NCBI RefSeq assembly: GCF_001447785.1
Contig: NW_015170887.1
Coordinates: forward strand, 2,735,053-2,798,107
Length of the DNA stretch: 63,055 nucleotides
Source of the DNA: Gekko japonicus
Taxonomy: Eukaryota
Direction: 5' to 3'
Part shown: piece after piece, positions 1 through 12,910 of the stretch
Position numbering within the stretch: the first letter of the stretch is position 1
Layout of the letters: every line of letters starts with the position of its first letter
The notes under the pieces: generated by a model
Databases searched by the model: none
Told to the model about the DNA's origin: nothing
Seen by the model: the letters and a program-made list of their open reading frames with translations, nothing else
Program-made: the position numbers and the translations under genes

Positions 1-982
1 ATCTGGCAAACCTTCCCCCTTTGCAACAACAACAACTAAAATTCATTTAGACAGAAAATGCAGCCTAAAAGCTCTGCAAAGCCCATGCTTCTTTCCCTTT
101 CTTTGTCAATCCAAAGTGCATTAAATGAAACTCTGGTGCTTCTCAGAGCTGCCTCTGTTATTATTGGAACTGATGCACATTTACTCTAGCCAATCTATTT
201 TTATTTGAACCACTTACTCTGTATGAAACCAAGCATAATAACTGGAGTCAATACAGAGATATTTGTTTTTATTTAAACTCATAAGTGTGCTAAAAGCAAC
301 AAATGCTTTCCTCACTGAAAACCAATACATATAGATAATAGATAGAAAATGCATGCACCAGTCAAAACAACGGTGTCCGGTTACCCAAGGGGCTGTTTCC
401 CAAAAAAATCACTGCACATTATTATAGACAACTTCAGGAAACAAGGGGATGGCCAAAGAAGGATGCTCAGTATGAAACAGTAAAGATAGGGAGAGACTGG
501 AGCTAGTTCTATTTAGCAAAGCGATATTTACTGAGAAGGACCCAATTATTAGGAGAACAGAGACAGCCAGGGGCCAGATAACCCTGCTGTGAAGTTGGAG
601 TGCCCCAGCAGTTTATTGCAGGTGAGGAACAACTTCTGTCAATCTCATTGCACCTCTTGTCAGAGACAAAAAGGGTGCATTTCTTTCCTTCTCTGAAAGG
701 TTAGTAACAGGCCAAAGTTCAATCTAGGGCAACATTGTTGTTCCCTTTCAAACAACAGCCAGCGAGATTGGCCTTGCAGAGAATGGACACTCTGGAGTCA
801 TGCCAGGGTATCCATTTTCATTTACTTTGATCATCATTCCCTATAGTTGACATTTCCTGTGCTCTAAGGTAAAGGGGTCCCAATGCAGAGCACAATCCAC
901 ATACAAATATATTGTTCTGCTGTTATTTTCTGTTATGCCTCTGCCTGTACCAGCCAATCCTGGCCAGGGATTTTGCTTAGAA

Positions 983-1177
983 GTAGAGCATCTTCTTGGT
1001 ATGGAGAAGGTCCCTGAGTCAATCCCCAGTATCTCAATTAAAAATAATCAGGTTGTAGGTGATGTGAAAGATCTCTGTTTGAGACCCTGGAAAGCCCCTG
1101 CCAGTCTTGAGTAGACAATACTACATTTGATGGACCTGTGGTCTGACTCAGGATAAGGCAGCTTCCCGTGTTCATGT
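983..1177 (+). mobile_element. tRNA-derived SINE, Squam3-type
   Basis: tRNA-like head (gtagagcatc...gagtcaatccc), body 'gtaggtgatgtgaaagatctctgtttgagaccctgg' and tail 'ataaggcagcttcccgtgttcatgtg', shared with several other copies in the window. Confidence 0.8.
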
Positions 1178-1206
1178 GCTCTTTTGAAGCTCATTTCCTT
1201 AATGCC

Positions 1207-1800
1207 TATCATGACACCCTCTGACCAGTTCAGTGACTTGGAATTCCTCAAGGGAAGAGCCTGAGGAGCCAAGACCACTGGCCGAGGAAGACCAGTGGGA
1301 CCAGGGAGAGCCTAACATGGCAGAGGTGCCAGCTGACAAGGTTCCAGTAGTCCCTGAAGCCACTCTTTCAGACTCTACAGGTGAGCTCCTGAAGCTGGCC
1401 TCTGAGATAGCCACCAAGCCTTCACAGTACAGGTCTCGAACCTGGGCCCATAGTCCCCCAGGACCAGTTCCCACCTTGCAGGCATGGTGGCGGCAGAAGG
1501 TCCAGGCCAAGGCGATCCAAAGGAGGTGAGGTGCCAGACGAGTGGCACGTGACCCCATCCTAGAGCCATGCAGTAGAAGTGATACGTCTTTGCAAGCTCT
1601 GATCCAAAGCACAATGCAACACAGTTGCAGGAGCTTCAACACCTGCCAGCACTGCAGTTGAGCCTGATTACCTCCTTGCCTATTCAGGTTGAGGCTTGGG
1701 AAAGCTGCCTTGCTGGATCAATCAGTCTGCTAGGTGCAAGTCTTGTGCTCCCGCTCCAGGCTTCTAGTTCATGTTGATGCCCTCAAATCTCACCACCAAG
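1207..1800 (+). mobile_element. Gypsy-like solo LTR with decayed acidic/Pro-rich ORF remnant
   Basis: Starts tatcatgac (~TGTCATGAC); ORF 1233-1529 is E/P-rich and runs into RR*GARR; same architecture as 38865-39565 and 52380-52998; right end approximate. Confidence 0.5.
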
Positions 1801-1822
1801 ACCTGTTACTCTATAAAAAATA

Positions 1823-2012
1823 TGGGTTGGATCCCACAGAAAATTTCATCATTCCACCCTCCAGCTATGACCCCAGTCACCCCTGAAATGTCACTCTTGG
1901 GGACAGGGTTCCCCCAGGATCAGCATGGAGGGGAGTTGGAGGTATGCAGCAGGAGGGAGGAATCAGCAAAGATCTCCTTTTGTTAGTGGAAACTTTCCAC
2001 GGGATCTGACCC
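1823..2012. mobile_element. small MITE with gggttggatcc / ggatctgaccc termini
   Basis: Imperfect terminal inverted repeats; related termini near 48198 and 52176. Confidence 0.55.
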
Positions 2013-3032
2013 TATATACTTTTCTACATTGTGGCACTGTTGTGCCCCAGCTACTTTTACAGGGTGTGTGTGTTTGTTTCTATTGTTTGCATTGGTTTCC
2101 AATCCTGTAATCAGCGTCCAACTGCATTGTTTATTGGGGGTCAATGCTGTCTGACTGAACTGTTCTTTACATTTTGAAATACTTGTTTTCCTCTAGCCTG
2201 GAGGAGGTGGCACAATGTCTTCTCTATGATGGAGCTGTAGACTGGCATCCCTTGCACGTCAATACCCTTACCCATGCTCCTGAAACAAAACGTCGTAACT
2301 GTAGTGATTTTACCATTTCAAAGGGCCAAATGAAAATTATAGCAGGCTTCACTGTTGTTTCTGGAATATCATCTAGTGACACTTTACGGGAAGCCAGTAC
2401 AAGATGCTGCTGAGCAGAGATAATCCTGATTGGCCTTCCCACTGAATCCTCCTCTCTGACTGATTTTTTGGCTCCAGTTTGCCTGCCTGGACAGGCAGTG
2501 GCACCAATGCACTGGCTTTCTGTTCTCTTAAATGTCCATAATTTGTAAAGATCGCTCACACATGGGTTGTTTGCTCTTGCTGCAACTTTCTATTCCTTTT
2601 GTTTTTGTGAAAAATCTGAGCACCTAGGTTATAAGCACAGCAAGCAAGGGTGCAGATAAAAAGGCTGGACATTTCTGCTGTAGCCTACTATCCTATGCAC
2701 GATCACATCATCATGCCTTTTAGCTAATGGAAAGGTCACTGCTTGTTAGCTGCCATGTTAGTGCATATTCCTGTTGCATGTAGTTTCTCATTAATTTAAA
2801 GGTGCAGAACTTTGAATTTCTTTTTGTTTTAGTGAAGCACAGGTACACCATTCTACTTTTTAAAAAAATACTACTGTGGGGCTAGTGGAGGGGAAGGAAG
2901 TGTATGTGATGCTACATGTCCTCAGATCTTGAGACATGTAATTGAACTGCAGAAAGCTGCTCAAGGTAGCCCCCTCTATGGTTCATGGCTGCGGCAGTCA
3001 GATAGACCAAACATTAACTACTGTCATACAGA

Positions 3033-3475
3033 GGTCCCTGCCACATGGCAGAAAAAAACACGGGCAAAGTGCAGCTATTCAGAGCCGCACCAAAAGAAAC
3101 ACGTGGCGGCGGGATCACATAGATCCTCTGAGCTGCCGCGCCGTTGCTCCCCGGCACGATCAGATGCCGGGGAGGAAGCCACCGACTGGAGACCGAGACA
3201 GCCGGCTGTGCATGTGTGCGCATGCACAGTTCGGCCAGGAGCCTCGGATGCGCCAGCAGAAGGACGTGCCGCGATCCCACGGCCGCGCTTGATGCAGCCT
3301 TTCTGGTAAGTCCACCTCTGTAGGTGGTTTCTTTTAACTACGGATTTTCGGCCTGAAGGGCCGGATCGGGGATGGGTGCACAACGCTTCCCAGATGTTGC
3401 GGTGGGATCGCGCCCGTTTGCTGCGCCCCCGATCCATTCCTCTTCTGGCCCTAAACCTCCCGTGTGACCGGGGCC
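3033..3475. mobile_element. CpG-rich MITE, PIF/Harbinger-like
   Basis: Right TIR gtgtgaccggggcc, degenerate left TIR ggtccctgccacatgg; homologous in inverted orientation to 60750-61194. Confidence 0.7.
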
Positions 3476-4001
3476 GCAATTTCCCAAGTTGAAAATAGCT
3501 CCTTTGGGCATCTTCAAGTTCTGTTAGGGAAAAAGAAGCTATACATTTGCCAGCTCTTTCCCCTCCTAGTACTTAGTGTAACCCCATGGGGTATTATCAT
3601 TGGGGAAATAATGTGGATGAAAGAGTTTATTGTTTGTTAAATAAGATATTTATGCCCTGCCTCTACCACAATCGGATGGCCTCTCTCTCTTACAGACCCA
3701 GGTGCGAAACATACTAAGCAAATATACGAAAACATTCCGCATGCAGAGACAGAAAGGACAGAAAAACAGACCAAAGAACATTTTCACTCCACGCACTCAA
3801 CTGTACAAACTTTATATCAGTTCAGTTCAATTGCCTTCAAGAGCCTCTTAGAACAAGAGGGCTTTACACTACCTCTGGAACTGTGCTCAAGTGGTGATCC
3901 TCCCCTTGTCTGGGAGACATTTGTAAAGGACACTCAAGCCATGGCAAATCTAAGGGACTTCAGGGATGGGACTCTCCAGAGAAATCCCTGGGAAGATCTA
4001 A

Positions 4002-4044
4002 NNNNNNNNNNNNNNNNNNNNNNNNNNNNNNNNNNNNNNNNNNN
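4002..4044. other. assembly gap
   Basis: Run of N. Confidence 1.
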
Positions 4045-5130
4045 TCCCCCCTCTCCCTCCTACACTGGACAGGCAGCTGCCTTTCAGGTGTAGGAGTAGA
4101 GCTGGGATGCTTACAGCTGCCGGGGAGGTTCACTCAGCAGGATTGCCTTAGCACTGCTGCTGGCCCAGCCTCCCCAATGCCTTTAAATACAATCTCCCCC
4201 AACACCAGACAGGCCAGTGTCTGTCAGGTGTAGGAGCAGGGCCAGGGTATGAATGTTTATGGGGAGATAGTAAAGGACATTTCTAGGAGCCATTTTGATG
4301 CATGCCTCCCTCATGAACCTGAAGAAATGTCCATCACATCACCACTCCCTCACACCAACTCCCCCTCACACCTCTGCGCCCAAAAAAGCTCCTGGCAAAC
4401 GTTGAGCCAGATACACCAACGCTACAAGGAGGAGGCAACTTAGGAATGTGGCAAAGACATTTGCACATAGCACTCCTGCAGTGCACTGAGCTGCACAGGC
4501 CAAGTACCAGCAAGATCACCCTGAGGTGCTCAGAACAACACAGTCTCCATATGAGCAAAACAATCCAGGAACACAAGTAGAGAGGCCATCACTTTCGTGG
4601 AAGGTGGCAGGAGTTGACTTAACAGATGACTGCTTCTTAAATGGACAGTTCTATGTTGCCTGCTCAGGAGTGAGCTCACCAAGCAGCCTGGTGATCCTAG
4701 CACCTGAGGGCAGAACCACCATTTTTTTTTCCAGCTTAAGCACTACCCTGTCCAAGTTGGGAACACTAGTTCCTTCCAATATTTCTGCCTTATTCCTTGA
4801 TGACCCAATATAATGTCTTCTGTTTTGAATTGGAAGAATGTCTGGTTAATGCTGCTGGCAGAATTTTAATCCTAACATGTTTATTGACATAAATTTCATT
4901 ATTTGTTTAGAGAAAAACTCCTTGCAGAAATCCTTGCACATAGAAAGATCTTGCTGAAAACTTTTGTTTTTTAATTGGCAAGAGTGCACCCTTACCTTGA
5001 ATAATGATATCCAGCTTTTGGAAGCAGCTGCAGGATGTAAATTCTGCTAAACTGGGGGTATATAGGGTCAGATCCAGTGGACAGTTGAGGCATAGAATCA
5101 AATCAGATTCTCCATACAAACAGTTCTTCA

Positions 5131-5379
5131 TAGGGTTGCCAACTCTGGTTTTTGTGGCACGTGGAGATTTGACAGTGAAACCTGAGAGGAAGGGCTTTAG
5201 GGAAAGGAGGGACCTAGGTAGGGTATAATTCCATACGGTCCACCTTCCAAAGCAGCCATTTTCTCCAGGAGAAGTGGAATAAGTGCTTTAAATAAATAAA
5301 TAAATAAGCTATCTATGTAGTCGGGAGATCAATTGTAATTCTGGGGATCTCCAGCCCCACCTAGAGAGTGGCAGCCCTA
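5131..5379. mobile_element. hAT-like MITE (TAGGGTTGCCA termini)
   Basis: tagggttgcca at 5131 and tggcagcccta ending 5379; a second degenerate copy follows at about 5480-5640. Confidence 0.7.
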
Positions 5380-6271
5380 GTCTCCCACATTTTTGTCAGG
5401 TTTAATGGCAGCTGTAGAGGAGGCAAAGCTGATCTAGAACAAGGCCTGGTGTATTATTTTAGTCCTGTCTCCTTATATGAGGCTGCCAACCTCTGAGTGG
5501 GGCCTGGAATTGCAACTGATTTCCAGAGACAACAGATATCAGTTTTCCTGGAGAGAATGGCTGCTTTGGGAGGTGAACTGTAGGGCATTATGCCCAGGCT
5601 TTACACTCCAAAATACAGAAATTTCCTAACTCAGCCATTTCCCCTATCTCAGCCTTCTCCTCCACCAGGTTACTACTTGCCATTTCAAGGAAACATATTA
5701 AAAATATACACCCTTCCAAGCTGCATCCCTGATCCAGATCAGGCTCCCCTACTTCTGCCTAGAAAAATGTGGGGAATTGATTCACAGATCACCCAGCACC
5801 ACATCTTATTTGGCCCTAAGAAGCCCTGTAATGTAATCCGGTGTTATTTTCCCAAAACTTCAAAGATGGCAGCTCACAAGGAGTTTGCTGTCACAGAAAT
5901 CCCCCCCCCCTTGAGATCCAAATCTGCATGAAACAACAACAGTTTGGTTGCCAGTGATTTCCTTCCATTGGGTAAGAGCTAGTTTTGGTGAGATGTATTC
6001 AGTTTCTCACAATCCCCAGCTATTTATGTATTTATTGACATATCCCAGACTCTTAGCAGTAGAAACTACTGAGGCAGCTTCCAAATTAGAATTAAAAACT
6101 AATAGTCTCATATGAAAATGATAATGAAAAACAGCAACAAAGAGGTAGCCAGAGCACTGTCAGCAACTCATAAATATCAGTAAACAGGCTGTTCATATCG
6201 TTTCAACGGAAGGATAGCACCTATGAAGCCACTGTATACTGCACCAGATTCTACCCTGCTTAGTACGGCTT

Positions 6272-6407
6272 GCTCTGTCAGCACCTCTCCAGGGTCAAGG
6301 TCTTTCTCATCACTTACTATCTGATCCTTTTAACTGGAAATGCCGGGGATTGAACCTGGAACCTTCTACATGCCAAGCAGATGTTTTACCATTGAGCCAC
6401 AGCTTCC
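6272..6407 (-). mobile_element. Squam3-type tRNA SINE (partial)
   Basis: Reverse complement gives gctgtggctcaatggtaaaacatctgcttggcatgtagaaggttccaggttcaatcccc, with A and B boxes. Confidence 0.8.
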
Positions 6408-6444
6408 AGATTCCTTGTATTTATGTTAATGTTCCTTTGACCTA

Positions 6445-7430
6445 TGTTATGTTTCAGGACGTCTTGAGGAGAAGAGTGGATAGCTGACTGGGAACAGAAG
6501 CTCCAGGCATCTATTTCTCTAACATAAAACAGTGGGTCACTGCTAGATGTGTGTTCTGGCCCAGGCCCGGGACCACCTGCTGTGGCCAACCCCTCCGACA
6601 TGGAAGGATGGTGAGGGAGTCATTGCAGCTATCCCCAGGCCAGGGCTGCTGGAACCACCGACCCGGGTCCACAGCCCATCACGGCGAGAGGCAAATCACC
6701 CCAAGGGGCCTCCAAGCAGCTGGCATGGAAGGAGGAATGGGCCGGGAAGCAGGGAGCCCTGGGGAAACCACTGAGCCAGCAGGTGGAGGTGGGGTGGGAG
6801 GGATGGGCCAGGCCAGGCCACAGGAGAGAGCTTGCCACATGAAAACGGGGGGACAAGGGAACTCACCTTCGTGGCAACCTAGGGAAAGGACTACATGAGC
6901 TGGCGCAAGGAGACGGCAGGGCAGGGGCGGGGTCTAGGTGACAAGAGACGAAGGAGCGAGTCTGGAGGTGAGGGGCAGGGACATGGTATAAGGCCATATG
7001 TGGCACAACCTATGGGAAGGCAGGGAGAGGGGATGGACAGGGACTGGGGCCACTGGGAGATGGGATGGACCACAGAAGGGGAATTAAAAGGTGGAAGAAA
7101 CTCCAAAGCCGGGGAGGAAGATGGAGGCTGGGGGAGCAGCAGTAGCACGAAGGAGAGAGAGAGAGAGAGAGAGAGAGCGCAAGGGCACAAAGCTGCAGAG
7201 TGGCCAGCCAGGGTATGCTTGTGGAGGTGGAGCAACCCCACGGCACCCTAATTTTAAGGCTTCCGGTGGCCTTCTTACGAGGAGGGCAAGATGGCAGAAG
7301 GAGGGCAAGCAGGAGCTCTCCTCTAATCCTGTGAGGGAGCACCAGGGACCCGACAATGTGGCAGTGGCAGGATCCAGCCTGAGTCATGCTGATGCCTAAT
7401 AAAGTGGTGGTGATGAGTCAGCAGACTCTG
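6445..7430 (+). mobile_element. probable solo LTR
   Basis: Begins TGTTATG; TATA-like ggtataagg near 6986; AATAAA at 7398; flanked on both sides by accta (6440-6444 and 7431-7435); terminal CA not intact. Confidence 0.5.
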
Positions 7431-8501
7431 ACCTATGCACAGGTCTGCCATTGCCCATGTCTATTTTTGCTCCTAAGCAAACAATTGGGGTTGATCTTGC
7501 GTGCCTTTCTCTTACCTCTGTGAAAGCCTGATTTCCAAGCCATCTCCCAGCAGGAGAAGGCCACTCGGGAAAGGCGGCTTGACTTTCCTAATGGCTCTCA
7601 TAGCACCTCCTGAGTGGAATCCCTCTTGCGTAGCTTGTAAAGCTTTGAACCAGAGCCCCAGCTGTGGGTCAAGACACTATCCTGTGAAGTCGGAATGGTT
7701 CAGCTGCTGTGAACTGCAGCCTCTCATCTCAGCAGCTCCCTGACCTCAGCAGTTCTTATTCTTACTAATGCCCTTGAGGGCTTTTATTGCACTCATTCTT
7801 CAGCTGAAGATTCTAGCATCCACCATGATTTCTCTCTCTGCCCCTAAACCTTCCTCCTTCCCCTCCATGCTGCTTTGATCACATCCAAGGAATACACACA
7901 TGTTAGAATTTTTGTGGAAATTCAGATCTGAGCAGTTAAGTCTCAAGGAGAGGAAATGAGTCACTGGGATGGATCCTGCCTTTCTGCTCAGCAAAGTTTG
8001 AAGCCTTCCTCCAGGAGGACTAAGGAGACTTCTTCCAACTTAAGTAGCTCTCCTCTAATGAAAGAGCCACTTAAGATGAAGGAAGGCTTCAAACTTAGCT
8101 GATCAAAGTGGCTGGATCTTCTCTGCTGGGTCTCCAGTTCATTCTGAATAGGGCAGTAGTACTACCTCAGCTTCCTCAAATATTATTATGATTAGTATAA
8201 ATTTATCTTCTGGTGGTACATATTAAAAATGGCAAAGAACTCATGCCAAGCAGTGGAGTCCTTCCATGTCAAACTATACCTAGATCTCAGGCGACCCATT
8301 GATGGTATCATGCATTGCCCTGTCACTCTTTTACAAACAGTGGGTCACCCAAGCCCAGCTCACACGAGTAAGGTCTCTCTCAGTGCTGTCACTGAACCTT
8401 TGACTAGTCTCCAGGGAAAGGGGCTGTGGCTCAGTGGTATGACATCTGCTTGGCAAGCAGAAGGTCTCAGGTTCAATCCCTGCCATCTCCAAATTAGAAG
8501 G

Positions 8502-10697
8502 ATTATTTATTTATTTATTTATTCGATATATACCCTGCCCTCCCCACCAAAGCAGGCTCAGGGTGGCTTACAAGGATAAAACATAAAGACAATTATAACA
8601 TAGGTAAACCATATAAAACAATCCACTGTCACAAAGCAGGTACTGTCCTTGTATGAAGGACTGTGTTGAAACTGGCCTCCATGTTCTCCTTCAATGTCCC
8701 TTTTATTTGGTGCCCTGCCAAGATCTTCTGTACCCTATATTAGCTCAATTCCCAGAGATTCCTGATGTTTTTTGCTTGATAATCAAGATACAAAAATAAC
8801 TGAAATAGTAGCAAGGTTTCTTCTTAATGCTATGGCTATACATCCTGATAAGTAGCCACTAGGTTTTTCTGCTTTTATGCTGTTTTTCTGCACCTTAGCT
8901 CCAATTTTACTCTATATGGATTTGTATTATCCAAGCTATATGTATATACATATGCCAATAAAGGCTTGTCAAAGCAAGTAAAGTGCTAGCTAGTTGTAAA
9001 CTCATACTTAGAGATGGCTGCAACAATTATGTTAATATAATCTCTGGTCTGCCTTGCTCATCAGTTTCTTGATCTTTATCATATATATGTGGCAGGCACA
9101 GGCGGTAACGGTGGAATCAGGGCACAGGCTCTGTCTTTCTCACGTATCGTTAACGATCTTTAGTGATAATGTTCTTGGTGTTGTTGTTAATGGTGGCGGC
9201 TCCTTAACCAAAAGCCTGGTGGAAGAGATCCGTCTTGCAGGCCCTGTGGAATTGTAAGAGGTCCTGCAGGGCCCTGATCTCTTCTGAGAGCTCGTTCCAC
9301 CAGTATGGAGCCACCACCGAGAAGGCCCTGGCCGTGGTTGTTGCCATTCTGACATCTTTGGGGCTTGGAAGGGTCCATCGATGTTGAGACCCTGAACGCA
9401 GTGCTTGCTGGGGTACATATGGGGAAAGGCAGTCCCTCAGGTATGTTGGCCCCTGACCATATAGGGCTTTAAAGGTAAGAACCAGCACTTTGAAGCGAAT
9501 TCGGAATGCTATCAGCAGCCAGTGTAGTGCCTGTAGCACAGGCTGGATGTGCTCCCGCATAGGGAGACCCATCAATAGCCTGACTGCTGCATTTTGTACT
9601 AGCTGCAGCTTCCAGATTTGTGACAAGGGCAGCCTCATGTAGAGAGCGTTACAGTAGTCCAGTCTCGAGGTGACCATTGCGTGGATCACTGTTGCCAAGT
9701 CGTTGCAGTCGAGGAAGGGAACCAGCTGCTTGATCAGCTGAAGATGGTAGAAGGCTGACTTGGCAGTGGCTGCTACTTGGGCTTCCATTGTTAGGGAGGC
9801 ATCCAAGACCACTCCCAAGCTCTTAACTTCCAGCACTGGCACCAACAGTGCCCCATCGAAGGTTGGGAGTGGGATACCTACACTTGGACTGCCCTGACTC
9901 AGGCACAGGACCTCTGTCTTCATCAGATTCAGTTTCAGTCAGCTCACTCTAAACCAAACAGCCATGTCTTGTAACACCCAGTCCAGATCTTCCGGTTTAG
10001 AGTCAGACTGTCTGCCCAACAGCAGATAGAGCTGGGTGTCATCTGCATATTGATGACAACCCAGCCCATGCCTTCAGGCAATCTGGGCAAGGGGGCACAT
10101 ATAGATGTTACATAGCATTGGGGAGAACACTGCCCCTTGAGGCACTTCGCAGACCTTTGGGATAGCTGTTTCCCTAGTGCCACTCTTTGTCCCTGACCCT
10201 GGAGAAAGGAGGCAAGCCATTGTAAGGCAGACCCCTGAACTCCTGTGTCGGCAAAGTGGTGGATCAGTAACTGGTGGTCGGCCATGTTGAACACTGCCAA
10301 CAGGTCCAACTGATCCAGATGCCTCCAGAGGTTGTCCATGAGGGCAACCAGTGCTGTCTCCATCCCATGGCCCAGGCGAAAACCGGACTGGAAGGGATCT
10401 AATATGGAAGCGTCATCCCAAAAGCTCTGTAGCTGAATTGCCACAACCCTCTCTATTATTTTGCCCAGATAGGACAGATTGGAGACTGGCCCATAATTTG
10501 CCAATTTGGCCAGGTCCAGAGATGGTTTTTTCAAGAGAGGGCGGGCCCCTGCTTCTTTAAGTGCCCTAGGGAACAGTCTCTCAATGAGGGATTTGTTAAT
10601 AATTTCACTCAGAGCACCTCGAAACCCATCATGGCCAGCTTTAATTAGCCATGATGGGCATGAATCTAGACAGCATGTGGTTGAGTGTACAGTCAAG
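8502..10697 (-). mobile_element. 5'-truncated, frameshifted L2-clade LINE (RT region plus 3' UTR and (TAAA)n tail)
   Basis: ORFs 9944-10696 and 9204-9923 carry LDSCPSWL, LDPFQSGFR, SRLDYCNALY and LQLVQNAA motifs; YADDTQLY codons near 10030-10050; tail ttatttattt at 8502. Confidence 0.9.
8643..8969 (+). mobile_element. 3' end of a CCHC zinc-knuckle non-LTR retrotransposon (RTE-X-like, clade uncertain) nested in the L2 3' UTR
   Basis: Translates CPCMKDCVETGLHVLLQCPFY; ends aataaaggcttgt; TSD caaagcaggta (8632-8642) / caaagcaagta (8970-8980). Confidence 0.7.
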
Positions 10698-11085
10698 AGC
10701 AGTTTGTTGGTAGGTGAAGTGAAAGACCTTTGCCTGAGACTATGGAGAGCTGCTGCCAGTGTAAGTAAACAGTACTAACCTTGATGGGCCAATGGTCTGA
10801 TTCAGTATAAGGCAGCTTCATGTGGCCATGTGTCATGTATCCAAAGATTATTCTATTACTGTTAAACAGCTGTCATGAATTTTGATGCATTCTTGTTATT
10901 TAGAGGCAATGTGTTATGGCATAATCAAGAGGGCTGCTCTTTGATCTTCAGGACAGTGCTGGATCCCAACCATGTATAATTCAAGACTGCAACTTCAAGA
11001 GGAAACCTACTCCAGTCCCTAGAAACACTTCAATAATATGCTTACTGTATCTCAATTGCCATAATGTTACATTCTGAAAAAGACT

Positions 11086-12322
11086 GTAGGAATAAGGCCG
11101 TTGTGGAAATAAATACAACAAGCTCTAGAAAGAGGCTCTGGGCAGGTGCACTGGCCTTGGACATCTAGCATCAATTTGCTGTGGTGACATCAGCAGGGTA
11201 TAATGACACAGAGTCCACCATTTTCTCCCGGGGAACTGATCTCTGCCATCTGAAAAGCAGTTGTGATTCTGAGTGATCTCCAACCCTCCCCTGGAGATTG
11301 GCAACAATGGTTCCCCAGGAGGAAATGGCTAGTTTGGAGCGTGGAGTCTACAGCATTGCACCTGTCTGAGGACCCACCCCTCCTCAATCCTCACCCTCTC
11401 CAGGCTCCACCCCTCAAATCTCCAGGAATTTCCCAACCTGGAGGTGGCAACCCTATCTCCTTCCCAACCAACCATCAACCAACCTTTATCTGCCCCTCTG
11501 ACTTTAGCTTTCCATCTCCCCCCACCTGCAGCCTCTACCTAAAAAAACTAGTCTTTCTCTGCAGTGGGGACCCAAGCAGAAGGGAAGCGACCTCAGCAGG
11601 ATATAATGACACAGAGTCCACCCTGCAAAGCAGCCATTTTCTCCAGGGGAGCTGATCTATGCCATCTGAAGAGCAGTTTTAATTATGTGATCTCCAACCC
11701 CCACCTGGAGATTGGCAGCAAAGGTTCCCCAGGAGAAAATAACTGCTTTGGAAGGTTGAACTCTATGGCATTCTATTCAGCTGAGGCCTCTCCCCTCCCC
11801 AAACACTGGCTACCATAGACTCCACCACAAAATCTCCAGGAATTTCCCAACCTGGAGCTGACAACCCTAGGCAGGACTGGCCCCAATGAGTTTTCCACAA
11901 ATGCCGGAGGAGGACTGGAAAGGGCCTCCTAATTTTGCCTTTTTACTGATAAAACCAAGCTTGGTTGCCTAGCAACAGCCACTGAGCGGAATGTTAGCCC
12001 CACAGCAGGAAGATAAGATAATGGTTTGAGGGCCAGTAGCTCACCTCAGCAGCCAGCCAGAGGAGCCAAGCAGGAGAAGTGTCTTCATCAAGAGAGACAG
12101 CCGTTTTGGCAGTTTATTCTGTCAGGAAAGAGACAGCCATTTTGGCAGTTTATTCTGTCAGGGAAGCTGGCAGTGGGTGAGGGAGAGGAGCAGACCGGGC
12201 ACCCAGCCAATGGCACGTGAGTACTCGAGTGACAGTTGATGGGCCAATGGCTGATGCACACAGCACAGCCAATGGGAGAGCTGGAAAGTGCCAACACATA
12301 AGGGCTTTTATATATATCAGAT
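11086..12322 (+). mobile_element. non-autonomous Helentron/HINE-like element containing hAT-MITE-derived segments
   Basis: 5' subterminal hairpin ggccgttgt...acaacaagc; 3' end gggcttttatatatatcagat; first ~450 bp homologous to 26096-26548. Confidence 0.5.
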
Positions 12323-12634
12323 TTATTGGAAATAATAAGTTAATATATTAATTCTTTTCTTAACTCTACCCTTTCTCCGAGGAGCTCAGAACTATATATG
12401 TGGTCCCTTTTCCATGTCATTATCACAGCAACCTTGGGAGAAAGGCCACACTGAGATATAGTGACTTGTCCTAGGTGAGTTTCATTTCTTAGTATAGATC
12501 TAGACCCAAGTCTACCCAGTCCAGATCTGACACTTTCAGTGGAAGGAGACTGTAAGCTGCTCTGAGACACTGAGTGAAAGGCGGGGTATAAATCCATTCT
12601 TCTCCTTCTCCTTCTCTTCCTCCTCCTCCCCCTC

Positions 12635-12910
12635 CTCCTGTCCAGCATTTTTTCCTTCACCAGCAGCCAACCAAAAGCCTCTGAATGCTCATATGCAGGG
12701 CATGAAAGAAGTGGGTGTTCCTCTGTTTTTTTGTCCCCAGCAACTGGTAATTTAGTGGTATACTACCTTTAGATGTATTGATTCCATTTATCATGGCTAA
12801 TAACTGTAGATAGACCTATGCTCCATGAATTTGTATAATCTTCCTTTATAGCCATTTAAGCCAGTGACCACCCCCACAGATCTTGTGGCCATGAATTCCC
12901 TAGGTTATTT
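12635..12910 (-). mobile_element. old CR1-type LINE 3' fragment
   Basis: gtccagcatt...ccccagcaactggta...tatcatggctaataactgtagatagacctatgctccatgaatttgt resembles the reverse complement of reptile CR1 3' UTRs. Confidence 0.6.

Larger units (their letters stand above)
8420..10835 (+). mobile_element. Squam3-type SINE split in two (8420-8501 and ~10700-10835) by an L2 insertion
   Basis: 5' half gggctgtggctcagtggta...catctccaaattagaagga; 3' half gtaggtgaagtgaaagacctttgcctgagac...ataaggcagcttcatgtg; halves are collinear with intact copies. Confidence 0.8.

Noticed and set aside
6547-7399. Stack of ORFs with RERERE runs
   Set aside because: Purine-rich LTR-like sequence with a (GA)n microsatellite.
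8420-8490. tRNA gene
   Set aside because: tRNA-like head of a SINE that continues into SINE body sequence; the same applies to the other tRNA-like heads.
9204-10696. Longest ORFs (239 and 250 aa) as a host gene
   Set aside because: They are frameshifted L2 reverse-transcriptase fragments with a LINE tail.
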